A stretch of 63,681 nucleotides of DNA, counting the filler. It is 15 parts of 15 records of this genome, joined end to end, with 100 filler letters (N's around TTAATTAATTAA, not from the genome) between each part and the next. Parts side by side here need not be neighbours in the genome. Positions count along the whole stretch, not along the records: positions 58,717 to 63,681 come from SRR15195285_12036; 14 more parts are not named here. One strand, written 5' to 3'. Both the position numbers and the translations under genes were made by a program. Position 1 is the stretch's first letter, and each line of letters opens with the position of its first letter. Shown piece by piece: positions 58,617 to 63,681 of this stretch. The notes beneath the pieces are model-generated. The model made no database searches. It worked only from the letters and a program-made list of their open reading frames with translations, and was not told the DNA's origin.

Positions 58617-58896
58617 NNNNNNNNNNNNNNNNNNNNNNNNNNNNNNNNNNNNNNNNNNNNTTAATTAATTAANNNNNNNNNNNNNNNNNNNNNNNNNNNN
58701 NNNNNNNNNNNNNNNNCCCCCCTCGGCTAACCCCAGCCGACTCATAGTATGTGCCTGAATGGAAAATGCATGCGCGCGGCGGTATAGCATACAATTGTAT
58801 ACGCGTACGACCGTACGTCGCGGAGCGCGGTCGCGACCGCGAGGCTCGACAGGGTGCGTAGCTCGCGAGTACCGGGCGACTAGCACTCGAGCAGGG

Positions 58897-61800
58897 ATGA
58901 CGGTGGTGGGCACGCTGCTGCTGCTGCTGCTGCAGTTGCTGGGCGCTGGCGCGAGCACCAGGCCACATGGGGGCAATGCTGTGGTCGTCGGCAGCGCGCG
59001 ATTCACGGTCATCACGCCCTCGCTGCTGCGGCTCGAGCTCGCGAACGCTGCTGGCCAGTTCGAGGACCGTCCATCGCTCGTCATGAGCACGCTTGATCAG
59101 CTTCCCGCCGAGCCGCCGCGGTTTTCTGTTGAGCGCCCCTCGGACACTAGTACAATCATCACTACCGAGCACTTGGTGCTACGCTACTCTGCGGCGAGCG
59201 GCCGGCGTCGCCGCTCCGAAGCCGTACCGTTCACTGTAGAGACGGCTAACACCTCAGCGGCACTCGGCGGTTTCAGTGCTGCAGAGCTTAACATCACACT
59301 CACCGTCGGCGGTGAAGAAATCGTATGGCGGCCAGGTATGAAAGATGATAAAAATCTGAACGGGACGCTGAGCGCGCTCGACTGCTATAAAGAGCCCACG
59401 GAGTGCGTGCATGGCTATCGCCAGAGCTACGGCCAGGGGCTCATCTCACGCGCTGGTTGGGCCACCTTTGACGACTCAGCTACCGGCCACTGGGAGCCAG
59501 AGGGGTCGATCGAGCATAGCTGGCGGTGGTTCGACTCCTCAAACAGCAAATCGCCGCCGACACAGGATATCTACTTCTTCGGGCACGGACATCGGTACAA
59601 GGACGCTCTTAAGGACTTCATGCTCGTCGCTGGCAGACCTGCCATGCCGCCGCTCTCTGCGTTCGGCATTTGGTGGTCTCGCTATTGGGTTTACAGCTCC
59701 AAATCGTTCACAGAGCAGGTGCTCGATGGTTATGCACAGCATGCTCTGCCTCTGAACCACGTGGTAATGGTGCGTGCGCACCCCCATGCGTATAATCACA
59801 CCTATTCACAGGCTTTACGTCGCATGCTCTGCTCTTTTGACGCCCTGCGTGATCCTGATGCCTGGACGGAATGAATCTTCATGACAAGCAGGACATGGAC
59901 TGGCACACGACGGGCCAGTGGGGTGGCTACTCGTGGAATCGCACGCTGTTTCCCAATGTCGATGCATTCATCACGGGCTTGCACAACGACAGCAATCCAA
60001 CAGGTCATCCACTCAAGCTGCTGCTGAATCTGCATCCTGGTGTAATTGGTCCGACGGAGGATCAATGGGTGCCCTTCATCCAGGCTCTTGGCTACAAAAA
60101 TGGCTCCGAACCGTTCACCAACAAATCGTGGACTGTTGGCTGCGCACTTAACAACCGTACCTACGCCACGGCACTGTTCAGCGAAGTGCTTGGGTCTTTC
60201 ACGCCACAGTCGAGCAACCCAAATTATCTTGTCGACTATTGGTGGACCGACTGGGGTGGCTGCCAGGTACGATACACTCGTAGTCTACATTTGCGCAAGC
60301 CCACCACGCTTCCCTTGCCAATCCCATCGAGAACTGAGGGGACCTGTGTCGTGACTCCCTGCAGAGTGGCACACCGCAGCTGCCAGACCTTGCACACGAC
60401 GAGTTTGGCAAGTGTACCGGGAGCAACAATCTCTGGTGGGGAAACTATGCCTTCCACTCCGACCCAGGGCGCTTCGGCGACACAGGCGCTGCTCTAGCCA
60501 AGCGTGGCCTAGTCTTGAGTCGCTACGGTGGTCTCGGCACGCATCGTTACCCAGTCGGTCAGTCATTGTCGCTTCTGACTTGGTGACTCTTGATTATTCT
60601 AATCTCACAAGTGGTGTCCGTACGCGTGTGCACGCAGGCTTCAGCGGTGACGCACAGCAGTCGTACTTGACGTTGCAGTTTCAGATCGAGATGACGCCGA
60701 AAGCCTCAAATGTCCTTTTTGGGTGGTGGAGTCGTGAGTACTGAAGCATCAGCCACTCGCCCAGGCTGCTCTATGCTGTTATGTTTACCCGTCGCCCCCG
60801 CACACGTTGTCCGTCCCCGCGCAGACGATCTCGGGGGGTTCCACAACGGGACCCTAGGCAACCGCAGTGATATCGGCGATGAGGATCCCAAAAGTCTGGT
60901 CGGTTCCGAGATGTATTTGCGTTGGCTGCAGTTTGGAGCAGTGCGTGCGCGGTCCTTCGCTGCATGTGTATTCCACCATAGCCTTGAACAAGCTTCGTGC
61001 TGTGGTTTCTGTGCGCGTGTGTGGCTGACTACGTGTGTGTCTTTGTGTGTGAATGCTGTTGGATAGCTCTCGCCTATATTTCGAACTCACTGCAACTTGG
61101 ACGATACGACCGCTCCTTCAGGGTGCGATCCACGCAAGATCCCTGACCCAGCGACAGGTGGCACCAGCTGTACAGGTTGCGAACGCAGGATTTGGATGTT
61201 CCCTCATTTTGAGCAGATGAAAGATGCGATGGTACTCCGAAACTCTTTAGCCCCATATATTTACACAGCCGCGCGGCAGCACTACGACTTAGGCGTCAGT
61301 TTACTTCGCCCGTTGTACTGGGAGCATCCAGAGGACGATCAGGCGTACAACTGGGCTGACACACAGTATTATTTTGGCGACAGCGTGCTTGTCGCACCAA
61401 TCGCAACTGCGGGCAGCAGCCCAGACCCGTACAATGGCTCGACATATAAGCAGCTGTGGCTTCCAACAGGTACTTGGGTCACGTGGGGGGGCGAGACGAC
61501 GCACGTGGGGCCAAAAATTCTATCGCAAAACTACAGCCTCTCTGAAATCCCTATGTTCGTCTCCGCTGGGGCTGTCGTGCCACTCAAGACGATGGCATCG
61601 GTCAGTGATTCTCGTCCAGACCCACTTGTCTGGGCGATCTTTATCCCATCACATCCCAGTTCAGCGGAGAAACAACAGACCAACAATACTTCAGTCTGTG
61701 CGGGAGAGGGCGAGGTGTACGAGGACGATGGTGAGACCACGCAGTACGAGAACACCCCAGGAGAGCGACTGCGGCTTGCATACGTTGGCGACTGGGCGGA

Positions 61801-62137
61801 GCAGGTGGTTGTGACAATCACGCCACCGCCCACTACGCCTGTCCATGCAACCAACCACAGCCGCGGCTACGTGCTGCAGCTGCGCGGCCTACATCAACAC
61901 AAGAAACTTATGCTCACCGAGGCCGAATATCGCGTGGGTGGCACCGAGGCTGAGAGTCTGGTGCTTGCGCACTTTGCAGACACAGCAGAGGCGGTTGAGA
62001 ACCGTGCGAGTGAAGCTGGCTGGTGGACGCACGTGGGTCACAGCTTGAGCACCCCACACTTAAGCACAATTGTAAATCTCGGACAACAGCCATCGACACA
62101 CTCGATCGAGGTAACCCTGCGATTTGCCGAGATATGA
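58897..62137 (+). CDS. Secreted GH31 glycosidase (GH31_u1 / alpha-1,3-glucosidase-like group); 5 introns
   Basis: ARFTVITPSLLRLE, DIYFFGHG, GIWWSRYW, VVM-DMDWH, nucleophile DYWWTDW, SRYGGLGTHRYPV-GFSGD, S-HDLGG, RWLQFGA-LSPIFRTH. Introns 59770-59891, 60267-60364, 60558-60637, 60734-60824 and 60941-61066. Confidence 0.9.
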
Positions 62138-62712
62138 ACACTGGAACTCTTCTTCAATTTAATCAACACGTTTGTCAAACTGACGCATTCTTACTGTCAC
62201 ATTCATCTTCATATTCATAATTATTCATTTGTGACACATTCACTTCGCAAGCTCTCTTGCTAGAAACGCTCAGGCGCGTGCACATTTACGCGCGTACACC
62301 GTCTTTGGGCACAAGGCCTTATGCCCAAGGACGCTGCGCGTCGATTTACCAAGTATCTAGAGATTTGGTGACATCGAGAATTTTTTTAAAATACATGCAT
62401 GCGTGCAGGTTCGCCCGCCCGGCTAGGGTGGGCGGCGGCCCTACACAATAAATTAAAGTGATGGGTTCGGGGCAAGTCGTTGCGGGTTCAGTTTAGTCAT
62501 GGTTGCGTGCACTGTTGCATTAAGTTCCTTTCGAAATTCGCTTCTACACAGTCTGGTGGATCGGGGCTATGGCTCGGGCGGTTTCTCGCACAAGTCTCGA
62601 TCCACCCGTTCGCGCGCAGGTGAGGCTGGCCGGGACAAATCGGCAACTCGCGGTCCTGGTGTTCCATTCAGTTCTACAAGCCCCTTCAATAGCATCTCGC
62701 GTTCGATTTGTG

Positions 62713-63090
62713 TCAATCCCATACATCGAACAAACGAGTCCAAGTTGTATTGTGGCCCAGATGCAAGATTCTCAAATGACTCCATATCGCAGTAGTTCTC
62801 GTCAGCAGCTGCTCTATCCGCAATGCGCCCGAGCCCATGCTTTTGTAGCCAAAGAGTGACCTCTGTCTCAGACTGCGCATTGCTTCCATTGTTGACTGCC
62901 AGTCGTCACAGTGAAGACGCTGATACAAAGTCAATGGTATGTACTCCATCACCAAGGCATTTTGCTCCCGTGTCAAGGGCGGGAACACGCCGCGCGTATG
63001 GCCAAGACACTGCACAATGTGCACAATGTGGGGATGCACTAATCCCTCGTGAAACTCAATCTCCTGCTCGAAGCCATTGATGGCAGACAC
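62713..63090 (-). pseudogene. Protein kinase N-lobe fragment (subdomains III-V) with no catalytic loop downstream
   Basis: FEQEIEFHEGLVHPHIV..CLG..LVMEYIPLTL; I could not find HRD or DFG motifs in the nearby frames. Confidence 0.4.
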
Positions 63091-63259
63091 GCGGTTCGAC
63101 GTATATGCTCCTGAGCTATGTACATTATGTATATACTACTGCGTGTACTGGTACCGATACACGCCTGTACACTGTATCGCTGTACCGGATACATGTAGCT
63201 GGTGCACCAGTCCTGTGGGGGCTCGCTGTACTCTACCGCAGCCCATGTCATTACTCTAC

Positions 63260-63500
63260 ATGGCTGCACGCTGCGAAGTGTGCCAGAATGACAACTTCGA
63301 ACGAGATCCGGGCAGGGCGGCTGCGGACGAGATGGGTGTATGCCTGACTTGCAAGGGGAGCGTAGTGAAGCACCTGCGCCCGCTGATCACGAAGGACAAC
63401 CTGTTGACGATCACCGCGCACGACTTGAGAATTACCTTGAAGGAGAAGTGCATCGACCACCCGTTCAAAAAGAACCAGTTCGTGCGTCTGTGTCAGGCCA
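63260..63500 (+). CDS. Possible first exon of a protein with CxxC...CxxC and a DEK-C-like helical segment
   Basis: MAARCEVCQ...CLTCK...LITKDNLLTITAHDLRITLKEK; coding-like GC content between AT-rich palindromic DNA. Confidence 0.3.
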
Positions 63501-63681
63501 CGCTATGTATTGTACTAGTACATGTACTGTATCTAGGTACTAAATGTAGTACATGTACTCTAGTACTGTACGGTGTATGCACATACAGGTAGATTCATAC
63601 AGCATACATGTACTACATGTACATATAATAGATGTATCCTTATCCACTGAGGGCGGAAATCAGGAAATGAGAACCAAGATG

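Noticed and set aside
12296-62137. A polysaccharide-utilisation-locus-like CAZyme cluster
   Set aside because: The genes are on separate contigs joined by artificial linkers, so physical clustering cannot be claimed.
62567-63090. Intact protein kinase gene
   Set aside because: Only N-lobe motifs are present; no Gly-loop, HRD or DFG found, so it is listed as a fragment.
1-63681. rRNA, tRNA, snRNA, transposase, viral or prokaryotic defence genes
   Set aside because: No recognisable motifs seen by eye; tRNAscan-SE and Infernal would be needed to exclude small RNAs.

Overview
This is not continuous DNA. It is a pseudo-scaffold of 15 short eukaryotic contigs (about 3-6 kb) joined by 14 identical 100-nt artificial linkers (N44-TTAATTAATTAA-N44), so gene order across linkers means nothing. 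The DNA is GC-rich and gene-dense, uses the standard code, and has short GT-AG spliceosomal introns (often GTGCGY donors). About 27 genes or gene fragments can be built by hand. Many are secreted carbohydrate-active enzymes (GH51, GH20, GH31, GH33, GH38, a GH43-like propeller, a pectin-lyase fold and two unassigned GH-like proteins). The rest include an ABCC transporter, gamma-secretase PEN-2, NSUN2/Trm4, TauD, an LPLAT, a lipocalin, and Tubby-like, FYVE, PX/EF-hand and cNMP/EF-hand proteins. This fits a heterotrophic marine protist (Picozoa is my unverified guess). Most notable: (1) three separate families of sequence-similar introns (introner-like), each confined to one gene, with terminal inverted repeats, target-site preference or internal minisatellite structure; (2) a putative nuclear protein fusing a PARP-type zinc finger, ankyrin repeats and a C-terminal domain resembling the cyanobacterial nuclease inhibitor NuiA; (3) a conserved ~27-nt element 90-200 nt upstream of start codons, always in the same orientation, at which several contigs break. 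All homology calls come from recognising motifs by eye; no searches were run.
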